Below are positions 1 to 12,114 of a stretch of DNA of 64,000 bases, piece after piece (positions within the stretch are counted from its first letter, which is position 1; every line of letters begins with the position of its first letter). The position numbers and the translations under genes are program-made. Origin of the DNA: Selaginella moellendorffii (lineage: Eukaryota; Plantae; Lycopodiophyta); assembly GCF_000143415.4 (NCBI RefSeq), contig NW_003314331.1:103222-167221 (forward strand), read 5' to 3'. The notes beneath the pieces are model-generated. The model ran no database searches. It was not told the DNA's origin and saw nothing but the letters and a program-made list of their open reading frames with translations.

Positions 1-517
1 CAGGGAGACGCTGGCGCTCTTCCTGGATATGTGCCATCAAGGGGTGGTGCCGGACGAGATAACTTTCACGGTGCTGGTCGCCGGTTGTGGGCATGCTGGC
101 AAGGTGGACGCTGGCCGGGACGTGTTCCGGCTGTTCCAGGACGACTACCAGGTTGAGGCATTGGTGGATCACTACGGTTGCATGGTAGACGTGTTGGGAC
201 GCAATGGGAAGCTACAGGAAGCCGAGGAGCTCATCGAGAGCATGCCGTTCTATCCGGATCTCGTGGCCTGGACGGCAGTTCTTCGGGCTTGCAAGAACGC
301 GAAGGACGTGAAGAGAGGGTCCCGCTTGGCGCGAGCGGCTCTAGAGACGTATCCAGAGAAGTCGGGGCCGTATGTTATGCTGAGCCAGATCGAGGCTGAG
401 ATCCAGGAGCTGGAGAACAAAGTGGCCAAGAAGAATGGCTGTGAAGAGGAGAAGAAGGCGAACAGTTTCTTCGATTGTTTGCAACCGGCAGTTCTGTGTG
501 CTTGCGCTAATCGTTAG
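1..517 (+). CDS. PLS-class pentatricopeptide repeat protein, C-terminal part (5' end outside window), partial E domain, no DYW
   Basis: Motifs GVVPDEITFTVLVAGCGHAGKVD, HYGCMVDVLGRNGKLQEAEELIESMPFYPDLVAWTAVLRAC and PEKSGPYVMLS; stop at 517. Confidence 0.92.
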   Translation, partial: RETLALFLDMCHQGVVPDEITFTVLVAGCGHAGKVDAGRDVFRLFQDDYQVEALVDHYGCMVDVLGRNGKLQEAEELIESMPFYPDLVAWTAVLRACKNAKDVKRGSRLARAALETYPEKSGPYVMLSQIEAEIQELENKVAKKNGCEEEKKANSFFDCLQPAVLCACANR

Positions 518-835
518 CCGTGGAAGAGCTTGGAGATTTGGAAGGAGATCCAGAGTCCCCATATCTTCCTTGTGATGGACTTTGCCAAGCTCTTGGTACG
601 TACAACTTTTCCACAGATCGTGTAGCTTTTCCTCACTGTTTTTTCTTCTTCTTAGGCTATCTTGTGAGCTAAAAGTCTTTTGAGCGGTACAAGCTTCATG
701 TCTTTTTAAGCTTTCTAGGCATAAAAAGGACTCTCAAACAATGAAAGAGCTAAGATTGTGACTGTGAAATATGCAACAAGCGAAGACAATGAAGCAAAGT
801 AGCCAAAAGACAGGAAACTTCCTTTTACTTCATTC

Positions 836-1191
836 TCAATACACTCGTGCAATGGCCTCATAGATTCTTGCATCTATTGCATCTTGAGTCTCCGCCGGGA
901 TAGACGCCAATTGTGTCCGAAAAGCAAATTGATAGACTTGTGATAACGTTCCCGGACACCTAGAACAGACAAAAAATGAGAGAGTGTAGAAAGAATGAAT
1001 CATAACTTCTCCACATTGGCAAACATATGCTGGTTCCTCTTGATATCACAGAGAGGGTTACTTCACGCTGATCATGAGTCCCAAGGATCTTGGCGATGTT
1101 TTCTCATGATTTCTACGCACGTACTGTTCCTATGTCCACCGTCCGAATGCAGCAGAGTTTTCACGCATTTCTTCACGCGATACCATCCATG
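836..1191 (-). pseudogene. Decayed paralog of the orphan gene at 42734-43264, with an internal inversion
   Basis: Minus strand encodes KRNQHMFANVEK and ETQDAIDARIYEAIARVY*, matching ERNQYMFSNVQK and ETQDAINARIQDAIARGAKVYG*. Donor is mutated (AAG|TTATGA), exon 2 is frameshifted, and about 1047-1110 matches the paralog in the opposite orientation. Confidence 0.75.
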
Positions 1192-1623
1192 ACAATGAGG
1201 CACTAGCTATTAGCCTTAAAATAACAATTTGTATTTAAAATTAAGCCTTGAATTAGAGAAAAGTTTAACAGTAAAAATCACGATGGATAAATATAGAATA
1301 TACTTAGATATTCTAGGTATATTTTTACATTAAAGCAAGCTAAATAATTTTCTTTTGCTTAATAGTAATTTTATTCATGTTTAGAATTATTTATTAATTG
1401 ATCATAATTATAAATATATTTATAGTTTATAAACACTAGATTAATCTCATTTCACGTTAGATGGTAAAATATCACAGAATATCCATTCTAGGTATACTTA
1501 AGCAAACCAAAACTATTTTCTGAAATAATATTTAATAAAAATTTACTAATTAAATAAAAATTATTTGATTTCAGCATTTGATAAACTTTCCAGGTATCTT
1601 CCTCTGCTGAAAGTTTCCATGGA

Positions 1624-4600
1624 TCATGTGAGAAAGATCCCTTCCTCCTCAAGTTGGATGGTCTCTTTCAGCTCATTTACCACAGTGTTCATGTTAGGCC
1701 TCCTCTCAGATCGATGCTCCACACAGTTCATTGCAAGCTCCAAAACTTTCCATGCTACTTGCTCTTTATAGCCTAATAACTTGGGATCTATTATATTTTG
1801 TAGGTTGCCTTTCTCAAGTTCTTTGCATGCCTGGAGGAAGCAAAACTACTATTAGAAGCTAAAGATTTGAAAGAGTGTTTTTACCCATTTTGAAAGAACA
1901 ACTTGTTCCTCTGGAAGTGTTAGATTGATAGGTTCACGGCCACAAATAATTTCAAACAGTACCACTCCAAAGCTGTACACATCTGATTTCTCTGTGAGTC
2001 TGCTGTAGGAATGGTACCTGAGAAACCATTCATAAATCGATCATAACGATGGTTTGAACCTGAATAGATAAAAAAGATTTTTTTTTCTCACTCTGGATCG
2101 AGATATCCTGGAGTCCCTTTGACAATAGTTGAGACATGAGATGTGTTGTTCTTGTCATAAAGCTTGGAAAGCCCAAAGTCAGTGACTTTGGCAACCATAG
2201 CAGAACTTAAGAGTATGTTGGTTGTTTTGATGTCACGATGGATTATATGAAGATTGCAAGACGTATGCAAATACTCCAGTCCTACAAAATTCACTGCTGA
2301 GAGTCACTATACAAACTCATCTCATTTACCTTGAGCAGCGTCTAAAGCAATTTGCAGCCGAGATTTCCAGCTTAAAGTTGGACAGCTTGTACCTATATGA
2401 CACATCAAAGAGAAACAAATGGATCAAAAGAAGATATCGCTTACCATACAAGTGCTTTTTTAAAGTTCCATTTGACAAAAACTCATAGAGCAGTATAAGC
2501 TTCGATCCATGGTCACAGTAGCCAAGAAAAGAGACCAAGTTCCTATGATGTACTACTGATAGAATATCAATCTGCCGGGAAGATACAATCAGTTTGGTAT
2601 TCATGCTTGACGATCAAACGCACCTCCGTGTTAAACTCTTGATATCCTTGCTTTGAGGTGCTTGACAAGACCTTAACAGCAACTTCCACACCATTGGAAA
2701 GGCAGCCATAGTACACTGGTCCAAAGCTTCCTTCGCCTAGAACTCGCTTGAAGTTGTTTGTGGCCTCGACAACAGCTTTATAACTAAAGATTTTGGTGTT
2801 GGAGTTTGGAGACTTTGGAGCCAGGCCTGGGAGATGAAATTCAAGCTATAAACACAAGGCTTAGACCTTTCAACTTACCTGGACTCTTGGTATCTTTGTT
2901 ATCTTTCTCCTGTGTTCCGATGGTTGGGCTGTTATCTGCTGTTTTTCTACGGGACATAAAATACACGACGAGTCCAGTTGCAAGTAGTATCACGGCTATG
3001 CATGGAACCGCTACTCCAATTAGAAGTGTTGTATTTTTTTTCTTCTTTGTGTGGCATAACTTAAAAGTAGTGCTGCGGGAAGTAAAACGATAGATAAATT
3101 TCAAGAGAGAAATTCGTATACTAACTTGAAATGCATTTCTGGTGGTACGCAATCCAAACTGTTGTTTTGTAATGATCTGTAACATAGTGACTATAAGGAC
3201 TATTTTATTATATGCAGTACTCACAAAACCGTGAGGTTTTTCAAAGAGCTAAAGTCTGGAACTGGCCCTGTCAATGCGTTGTTATCCAAATATCTGAAGA
3301 ACTAAAGATGAGAAAAACAAAGAATTGCTAAAGAACTTTCCATACATTTTTGTTAGATGCGATAGGTTCATGATGGACCGTGATATGTTACCACTTAGCC
3401 GCTGATTGGACAAGTTCCTGCAGTGCAGAGCTCTTAAGTTTTTCGTATGATAGATCTAGATACGTATCCCCTTACAGCTCTGTAATTCTCGCTGGGATTT
3501 GAGCTACATCGCAAGTGATCCACCGCCAAGTGTAGGGAAGTGGCAAGCAAGGATCTCCCGACCATCCAGTGATGTTAAATTCGTTCATCACATTGCGAAT
3601 CGCTACCACTGTCCAGAAAAAGGGGGAAAAACGAGACTTTTATAACATAAATTATGCTAAATACCATCGTCGGGTTCTGTCCCTGGAAGGAGACCACCTT
3701 TGTACTCGAAGAGCTCGGCGGCATTGAGGATTGGACCCAGCGTAGAGTTTGGCGTGGGGTTAAGAAAGAAGCGCGTTGGATCTGAAAGCTTCAGTGGAGC
3801 CTCGAGATACATTTGTATTGAAGTGAGTGGAGCCTGGGTGTGCTCCTCGATGTTGATGATCGTCTTAACCTCGGGAATTTCAAGAGAGCTGGTGTTGAAA
3901 CGGAGCGTGAACTCTCTCGTGTCATTCCCCAGAGCAAAAAACTCCGCAAAGTAAAAGTTGACGTAGTACCTCGTCGCATCAAGCGTGGCTGGAAACTCGA
4001 AGACCATCTCGGAATTAGAAACGATCGCGGACCTCATCACCGCGGTGGGAGGCTTGTTCAAAGTTCTCCCCACGGAAACAGTCGAGTTAGTGCTAATCCG
4101 CCTGTAGCTTCCCATGTTTTTGAAGCCCTTGTCAGCTCTCCATATTCGATCATATTCATCCCAAGGATACCTGTTCAAAGATATGAACGCATGAGGAGTT
4201 TCTTACCATACTTTACCTGATATCTTCATCCAAAGTTGCTCCAAGATTGATCCTTCTCCACAGGACCAAGACCTCACTATAATCCGAGACACTTCCACTC
4301 ATCCCAGGAGCCAGCCTTCTAAGCTCGATTGCGGAGATGAATGGGATATTTGCCGGTGAATTCGAGCGGGTTCCAAGGCATAGATCTAACGTCGAGTTTG
4401 TGGCTTTCACCACAAACTCGAAATACCACCGTGATTGGCTATCCAGGCTCGCGTTCGCCAGAGTGTTAGCACCAATTGCAATTTCAAACTCAACTATAGT
4501 TGACTCCAGCCCGTCGTAGTTTCCGTAGTCGAACCGCGGCCTCACGATGTAGCTCTCATCCACGACGACTGGCAAAGCGTAGCAGTGCTTCCGGGAGGTG

Positions 4601-4893
4601 TCGCTAAAGTAGCGAAGACGCTGAAAAATTAGATCCGAGCCTTGTTTCAAAGGGCTTGCAATGGAGGTTTTCACTCCGGTGGTGATGTATTTGTCGTCGG
4701 GTATCCATTTGATACCATTGTCATCCGTGTGGCTGTCGAAAGCTCCACAGTCGAGGCTCAAAAACCCTGGACAAAATCGATAGAGTACTTATATAAGCGT
4801 TTGGATCGTGAAAATGCTATTGCCTGGTTGAGCTGAAACAGAAGTCTGTCCTGCGAGGATCAAGCCACACGTGAAAAGGAGGAGATGCCACAT
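1624..4893 (-). CDS. Malectin-like domain LRR receptor-like kinase (LRR-I type), multi-exon
   Basis: Signal peptide [23 protein letters not shown]|GFLSLDCG; malectin-like motifs ([23 protein letters not shown]); GWSGDPCLP cap; short LRR exons; [25 protein letters not shown]; kinase [49 protein letters not shown]; stop TGA at 1624-1626. Confidence 0.93.
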
Positions 4894-4948
4894 TTTCCGC
4901 TTGAAACTCGGGCCTATTTTGCCAAAGAATTAAGTGCTGATAGTCAAA

Positions 4949-5143
4949 CGAGAGCGTTGCGGCTTGGTCTGTATAAAGACCAAGCAAACGATAACGCATG
5001 TATAAGAATCAGCAGGATTTTTCACGATCTCAGGCAAGAGGGGAGACTTTGGATTTGTCAATGGCAAACCATGCAAATATTCAATGGAAGATATTTTCTT
5101 GCAAATGCTGTAAGAATCTCTAGACGATGCTTTACACCAAGTC
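4949..5143. repeat. About 190-bp segment upstream of the receptor kinase, duplicated with indels at about 7002-7155
   Basis: Shared blocks aaagaccaagcaaacgata, agaatcagcaggatttttcacgatctcagg and acgatgctttacacc. Confidence 0.85.
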
Positions 5144-7805
5144 TGTTAAATAACAAAAATCATTGAAGTTATTATGTTTTTACTTTCATAAAAAGACTAT
5201 TCAAAATTAAATATACCTATATTTTATTTCTAATAAATAATTTTTTACACTGTGAATGGCTAGATTTTTATGAATTTATAGTATGAAAAAAGTTTAATAA
5301 AAATTTAGAAGTAATAAATATATAAACAAAGCTTACAACTTGTCCAATGACAATCTTTTTTTATTACTTTTTATTTTTTTTCTCTTTCAAAATGGAGAGA
5401 GTTTCATAATAGAAAATTCACTTTTGAGTGACTACAATCTCTTACATTATGGATTTCACAATTAATTGTGTTTCTAAGAATAAAAAACTAAAATTAAAAT
5501 AATTTCTTTAATATTTTTGCAACATTAAAAGGCATTTTAACACTAGGTCAGCTATGATTAAAGTTGTTAATATCTATTTTTTTGTAGTTCCTTAATTTTT
5601 ATAGAAACTATGATTAATAAAACTGATATTTATAATATTATTATAAGCTTAATTCTTATTTATTATGTTTTCTTGATAAAAATTATGTTATAAATATAAA
5701 AATTACGAAAAATAATATTTTATTTAGTTCAGAAAATCAATTTACACATAACTTTAAAATTTTAATATATAGTTCTAGAAATTATTTATATTTATAGAAT
5801 TGTTGGGAATTACATTGATTTGAGAAATGATCCAAGCTAAATTTTTATCAATATCATCAACAGGAGAAAGTGGGGTATATTTTCTTCCTTTTCTTCCCTT
5901 TTCTCCTCTTTAGGTGGTTCTTTCCTTCTAGACTTTCAACTTTTGAGAGAATGGCTAAATGTTCATCTTAATAGTAGTATCAAAGCATATTAATATGGAT
6001 ATGGGGAAAGATAGGAATCAAGTTTATCTATACCAGATGTATTTGAGTTGTGGGAAATGAAGGCAAAAGGGAGAAGGTCCTAAACCTAAATCTTAAAAAA
6101 AGGGTGGCTACATTGGTTATGATGTATATAACGAACATGTTATGGCTTGAGATTAATGTAGATCAAGGGTTTTAGGTAGGAAAAGCTACCACCTTTATAA
6201 AAAGGCCTCCAAATGTATAATAAGGATAATGGGTTGGATACTGTATGAGACACTATTTACTAGGGTATCACTCTTTGAAGGATGACATTTAAGCTACCAA
6301 TTGGCTCATATTAAGTTTTTGGGACTTGAGTCATACTTCTCCTTATGGGGGACAACACCTCAGCTACCTAAATAGATGTGGTTAATCCCATCCACAACAC
6401 TTTACTTATATATAGTTCCTCCACTAACAGACTTGTCTTTTATGCCAAATTGCTCCAAAAGATATAAAAGAAGGGAAATGTTTTGATTGTCGAGGAGATT
6501 GTTTCCGGGACACAAATGAATGTATATAAAAGTTCTAAACTCAGAGTTTTTCTTATAAGTTTTCATATAAAACATATGTAGCAACTGTATTTTCTTTCTT
6601 AAAAAATTATAGTATCATACATATTTTTTAATCAGAAAACTTTTTTTGAATAAAGTTTTAGCTTATAAAATTGTGTGTTACAGTTTTATCATTTTGTATA
6701 GATCTCAATAAAGGCCCAATTTTCTTTTTATATTGTAAAGTATACAATGAGAATAGACATTAACAAGTTATAATCTCCTCAAACCCTTCTATAGCTATTA
6801 CAAAATGTTCATTTTTAAAAAAATTATAAAATTTTTAAGCTTTCTGAATTATATAAAAGTAATGCTAAGAAGTGATGACTAATTAGAGCTAAATATTGTC
6901 ATTCTCTCTAGACCCCTTTATAGTAGGAAAATCACAACCGTCGATTTCATATATAAAAGTGTAACACAATTTTTTAATGGTCTTTAGTTAGGTAGAACTG
7001 CGAGAGAGCATCGCGGCCTGGCCTGTACAAAGACCAAGCAAACGATAGAATCAGCAGGATTTTTCACGATCTCAGGTGTCTATGGCAATCCATCTGCAAA
7101 TGTTCAATGGAAGTTTCTCGCAAATGCCGTCCTAAACGATGCTTTACACCGAGTCATGCAGATTCAACACCCGGCTATTTATAATCCAAATTTATTCTCT
7201 TATGTTGCCATTAGGATCAACCTTAGGCTTTTACGGCCCAAGGAACAGGATAATGGTACACAATTCTGGAGAAAAAATGGATGCCGTGCCATCAAATATC
7301 TACAAAATTACTAAACTTACTTGCGTCATTGGAAATAATCGAGTTGCAGCGCCACAGCCAATCATGAAAAGCACGCGAACTTGATGCCATAAGAATGCGT
7401 TTCCTCCATAGTGCATATTTCCAGGACACCATCCTAGAACTCATAAATCTGAAAGATCTCGAATAAGTGAGCTTACGGGGTTTATTTCATCGCCATCTGG
7501 AGTGATATTCAAACGGTAGATCATGAAATCACGAGTGAAGGTACCTGTTTGAATATCTCCTCATCGCGACTCTTGTGACAGCGAATCTAACCGGTGTCAT
7601 CCAGAGCTCTCCTTTCGATTGCAAATACAGTGCAACAACGTTAACCTGCAAGCAAACAAGTGAGCAGCAAAGTTCTCGAACTGGAAAAATGTACTCTCAT
7701 GTTGAAAACAAGAGACCAACGAACATAATTTGAACTTCCCTCTAACCCTAAATCTAAAAGTAATATTGTTATTTAGTACAAAGGATATTCGCGTACGAAT
7801 AGCAT

Positions 7806-8261
7806 TCAAGTACAACACGAAGTATCGCATGCCTCCTCCCGGATCTTGGCCTCTCGACCAGCGGCGCCACTGCCAATTCGATCCCCAGAACGGAACACAA
7901 AGTAGCCCACGCCCAATCCCACCACGATGCTCACAAACACGCCCCCATTGAAGGACATGGCGGCGAGCATGAGCAGCAACCCAAGGGCCGAATTCACCAC
8001 AAACAGGATGGATTCCACCGCCCGGCCATCGATGGAGCTCGGGGGAGGCTCCGTGCAATCGCCCATCAGGGGCTTGCGCAACCCACCTGGCGATTTCGAC
8101 GCCTGGATGAGCAAGATCCTGCGGGAGACGACATACTCGTTGAAGAGGGCCGCCAGGAAGAGCGCCGCGAGGGAGAGAATGTAGCCCAGCCATGTCTTTG
8201 TGATCCAGCCATCGAAGAGAATCGTGGCATTTTTGCTCCAGTAGAAGGTCATGTGCATCAT
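7806..8261 (-). CDS. COPT5: Ctr/COPT copper transporter, COPT5-like
   Basis: N-terminus MMHMTFYWSKNATILFDGW as in COPT5-type proteins; three hydrophobic helices; MxxxM (MLAAM) and GxxxG; Cys-rich tail CDTSCCT; intronless. Confidence 0.88.
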   Translation of the reverse strand: MMHMTFYWSKNATILFDGWITKTWLGYILSLAALFLAALFNEYVVSRRILLIQASKSPGGLRKPLMGDCTEPPPSSIDGRAVESILFVVNSALGLLLMLAAMSFNGGVFVSIVVGLGVGYFVFRSGDRIGSGAAGREAKIREEACDTSCCT

Positions 8262-8516
8262 CTTGTCGAGCTTGGGCTTGACCTAGAGCACTGATCGCCA
8301 GCTCGAGTCTTCTTTGCAACAACACGCAAGAGGGAACAAGGAAGAATTCTTATTCTTTAAAAAAATTCCCAAGTTCCGTGTTCTTTCATGCAAGAAGTGG
8401 GCATCTTTCATCATGGCCATTTTGCAGACTCTCGCTTTCGGGATTTTCTTGACTCCGTCAACTTTTTCCGTCGTATAAGAACCCATGCGATATGGATGAT
8501 CTTCAAGTGTTTCGCA

Positions 8517-8945
8517 ATGGGAGCAACATTCCAGCTTGGTTTTCTCGTGCTTTTTCTTGTGGCAAATGCTTGGCCTCAGGATGATGGTGATGGAGAGATC
8601 GCTCCTGATGCTGGGATTAGTTTTTGTCCCAGTGAAACCGAAGAGAATGTGATTTACTACAACACTGGAGAGAGCTCCGAAGATAGTCCATTCGAGAAGA
8701 ACTTGGCATCGGCTTATGAATCCCTGCTATCTCCGTCTCAGGAATCTCCCCGGCAGGCCCAAGCTGGGGACGATCCAGACACCGTCTATGGCTACGCTGC
8801 ATGTTTCGAGGGAAATTGTGAGGATTGTCTCGCCACTTGCAAGAACTACTTCACACAAGTTGCTCCTCACGCAGTTGGAGCGAGACTATGCCTGAAAAGT
8901 GGCTCTGATGCTTGCTATCTTCGCTATGAAAACTACAGTTTCTAG
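8517..8945 (+). CDS. Secreted single-DUF26 (Gnk2/ginkbilobin-2-like) cysteine-rich protein
   Basis: Signal peptide MGATFQLGFLVLFLVANAW; SPFEKNL, VYGYAAC-x4-C-x2-C, AVGAR, CYLRYENYSF; alternative in-frame ATG at 8496. Confidence 0.88.
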   Translation: MGATFQLGFLVLFLVANAWPQDDGDGEIAPDAGISFCPSETEENVIYYNTGESSEDSPFEKNLASAYESLLSPSQESPRQAQAGDDPDTVYGYAACFEGNCEDCLATCKNYFTQVAPHAVGARLCLKSGSDACYLRYENYSF

Positions 8946-9414
8946 ATGAAAACAACACATATATGAACAAAGTTGGATATCTTTAACATAACATTTGTTC
9001 TCGGAGTGTTCTGTGTGATTTTGTGGTACCAGCAAGCACGACATGTGAGATGAATCGCAATCAAAGTCCCTCTGGCCAAGACATGATCGATACATACCAC
9101 CAAACTCTTTTCCAGCACTGGCAGGTTCTTGTCCCCTCACAAACACTAAACATCGATGCATCTCTATCTCAATCTCGGCCTCTCGAGATAACTTGAGATG
9201 AAGTTGACAAGATCTCGTCTAGTGGCTGACGTGATTCCTCCACTAGAAGAATGGACAAAAGCTGAGCTACAGCAGCTTTAAGGAACATGGTCCGATCGAA
9301 ACAAGACAAATCGTCTCAGACCCAAAGGAAAGAACGCAAAGTTGGCAAGAACTTGCTTAAAACCATGATCTTTGAATTTACACAAAGAAGAGAAGATCTA
9401 AGATCGTTCTAAGT

Positions 9415-10611
9415 TTATGGAGTCTTCCAGAGCCAGGAGAAGTGCTTGAGCAGCCCCCCAGCTCTGTGCTTGGTGGACACGGAGCAATCACACTGAAGAA
9501 CCATCACCATCGTGGACAGGCCACCAGCCTCGAGGAAGGAATCCTCCACTGCGTGAGAACCCACCGAGTGGTGGCACACGATTAGCGCCCAGGCGATGAA
9601 AGTGCCATGCTCGGTGGCTTGTGTGGAGATCTTGAGCACGCAGCCCAGGATTGCTGGCACCGCTCTCGCGTGATCCACCGCCAGAGCTTCTCTCCCCTCG
9701 GCGCAGCAACACAGCGTCCTGAGCAGCTCCAGAGTTTGCTGCTTGATCACCCCCGTGGGCTGCTGCTCGATGAGGAGATCGATCAGGAGCTTTGGAGATC
9801 CGCATTCGATCGCCCGGAGCTTGAGCTTGGTCGGCTGAGTGGCGAGGAGGACCAGCAGGGACTTGAGAAGCGGCGATGCTTGATCACCGGTGGTGTTCTT
9901 GGCGAGGAGCCACACCAGCCCTTGGATGAGCGCATCGAGGCCGTCGATATCTCGCATTTGGCGATGGTCGTGAGCCGAGAGTGATGATAGAAGAGTTTCC
10001 AAGAGGCTGGCGGCGTTTGTTCTCACCGTTTTGCTGCTGCTGGTGAGTAGTCTGGCAAATCTCTTTAGAGAATCGAAGCACGCAGCAAATGCCCTTCTTG
10101 TGAATTTTGCGTCGAGCTTACAGAGCGTGTGTAAAATCGAGAGGGCTGCCGCTTGATCTTCCTCCTGGATGGCCCTCTCCGCTAAGACGGTCGCGAACAG
10201 AGCTTCCAGGAACTCGTCGTGATCGCCCACTCTCTCCCAGATGGAATCACCGCTGGGGAGCTTGCTCAATGCAAGCAAGAAGCTCGAGTCCAGGAGCTCG
10301 GCTATGGCTACGCTACTCGTATCGATTTCTCTGCAAAGTACCTCTTCCAAGCTGATGATCGCCTCCTCGTTGCTGCTAGCGCTCCACGATTTGATGAGCT
10401 GCTTGAGAGTGGAGTTTGGGATGAGCTCGCATGAACCGAGAGCTTGGCGCGTGACTGGACAAGCCCTGTTGCCGTCCAGCAGCCACTTTTGGATGCTGGA
10501 GCGCTCATACGTGATCCCGGAGCTCAAGATCACGGGATCCTCCATGAGCTCGAACGAGATTGGGCAGCGAAAGTATGGGGGGATCTCCGCATTCTTCACA
10601 GGTAGTCTCAT
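9415..10611 (-). CDS. Plant U-box (PUB) E3 ubiquitin ligase with ARM-like repeats, CMPG1/PUB22-type architecture
   Basis: IPPYFRCPISFELMEDPVILSSGITYERSSIQKWL...CPVTRQ...LIPNSTLKQLIKSW; LCCCAEGREAL, ILKIS..ATEH and VLQCDCS..TK.RA..LLK; intronless. Confidence 0.93.
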   Translation of the reverse strand: MRLPVKNAEIPPYFRCPISFELMEDPVILSSGITYERSSIQKWLLDGNRACPVTRQALGSCELIPNSTLKQLIKSWSASSNEEAIISLEEVLCREIDTSSVAIAELLDSSFLLALSKLPSGDSIWERVGDHDEFLEALFATVLAERAIQEEDQAAALSILHTLCKLDAKFTRRAFAACFDSLKRFARLLTSSSKTVRTNAASLLETLLSSLSAHDHRQMRDIDGLDALIQGLVWLLAKNTTGDQASPLLKSLLVLLATQPTKLKLRAIECGSPKLLIDLLIEQQPTGVIKQQTLELLRTLCCCAEGREALAVDHARAVPAILGCVLKISTQATEHGTFIAWALIVCHHSVGSHAVEDSFLEAGGLSTMVMVLQCDCSVSTKHRAGGLLKHFSWLWKTP

Positions 10612-11775
10612 GGATGATCGATCAATCAGATATGCAAAAAGATGCAACTTTGGGAGGAGAAAAAGCCTTCATACCCTGAGGATAGCAACAACTTTTCTTC
10701 TAGATCAAAAGCAGCAAGGATTATCTGTTGATTGACAAGAGAGCATTCGGAGCTCTAGTTTAAAAGATTCCATGAGAGCAATGAAAAGAAGTGGCTATGG
10801 AGTGAAAGGAGTAGCCTTTGGTATACCTAGTATTTTCCAATATTGCTGCTTTACCAACCTGCTTTTGGGCATATGGCCCCAAACAGAATTGTCAAGGCTT
10901 GGCTTTGAAAGTTGAGCCATCTCATTTTTCAAAAAAAGAGAGTAAAAATGCTAGAATATACAAGAAAAACAGAGAAAAACAAAAAACATCCTTTTCTGAT
11001 GAACCATTTTCAAATCTTTAGGAGGCACTGGAAACTCATTCCACAGCAGCCATTCCTTGTTAAAGTGCAGAAGAACTTGCTCAGTTTTCGCCTTCATTTT
11101 CTGCACTCAATCCCTGCGTGCACTTTCGTTTTCACCTCCGAAACTGGTTGTTTCTCAGATTGACCGGTCAGAGCTTGTGTATCAAGTGTGAAATGGGATT
11201 TGTATTCTGGTCAAACTGGACAGTGTAGTGCAGGAAAAAACTATAGTATAGCAAAAGTATATAGCAGTAGTATGTGAGAAGCTATATACGCTGGAAGCGA
11301 CCGACCACGCGTGTTCCTGCTCCTGTAACTATGTCGCCCCCTCGCAAAACACGCACGCAGCATTTCCCCGGTTCTTCCACACACACATAGTCAGGGGTTG
11401 ACTAGAGGTAGTGCCCAAAGAGAAAAAAAGAGAGAAATAATGGTATGGTCGTGCACCGCGAAATAGTCCCAGGAAGACCTCGCGTTTTTCTTGGCGTGCT
11501 CGGTGCGACTTTGGGCGATGGCTGGCTGGCTGGTAGATTTGGAGGTTTTCTTTTTCGCTCTTCTTCCTTCCGTTTTTTGTTCATTGTCAAACCAACTTTA
11601 CACGGTCTTTCTTTTTATAAAGACGCGGTCGATGCAGCGTTTTCTTTCGTACCAAGTTTTTGGAGTTCTCTGTAGAGATCCCAGGGCGATCGCGGTTGTG
11701 GATCAGGAAGACTTGGATCTGGAGATATCACACAGAGTTCCTTGTAAAATTCTCCCGCGGTCGGCAGGAAAGGCG

Positions 11776-12114
11776 ATGAGGAGCACCAGAGTCCTGGCTT
11801 TGATCCTTGTGATGGGTTTGTACTGCTCGAGCTTCATCCAAGTGGCTGTTTCGGGAAGATTGGTTGTCGCAGAGAAGCAGCAGGAGAGCAACGATCATGG
11901 AAAGCACCGGGCTGGTGATCATCCAGCAGCAGCGGTGGAATGGATTCACAAATCTCCTAGCAGCAGCCATGTCTTGCATTCGTCCAATGGAAGAGTGTTT
12001 AGCCTCTCGCTCAACAGGATGCCAAAGAAGGTGACTCCACCGTCGGGGCCGTCCAAATGCCACAACGCGATTTCCACGGCTCGGGCTTCCACCATGGCAA
12101 ATTGCAGGAACTAA
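11776..12114 (+). CDS. Secreted small signalling peptide precursor 1 (IDA-like core, two-Cys tail)
   Basis: 112 aa; signal peptide MRSTRVLALILVMGLYCSSFIQVAVSGR; C-terminal MPKKVTPPSGPSKCHNAISTARASTMANCRN*. Confidence 0.85.
   Translation: MRSTRVLALILVMGLYCSSFIQVAVSGRLVVAEKQQESNDHGKHRAGDHPAAAVEWIHKSPSSSHVLHSSNGRVFSLSLNRMPKKVTPPSGPSKCHNAISTARASTMANCRN

Noticed and set aside
5801-6399. Possible solo LTR (TGTTG...CAACA, internal TATA-like motif)
   Set aside because: Flanks AGAAT and CTTTA do not form a target-site duplication, and there is no second copy in the window
7597-8325. 242-aa overlapping ORF at the COPT locus and similar antisense or alternate-frame ORFs over PUB, DCP5, RopGAP and EAF1
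   Set aside because: Shadow ORFs of GC-rich coding sequence with no independent motifs
11491-11775. N-terminal extensions of the peptide ORFs in the ORF track (also 12729-12875)
   Set aside because: They lie upstream of the signal-peptide Met and overlap TATA-like and leader sequence; the 11491 ORF also starts at a non-ATG codon
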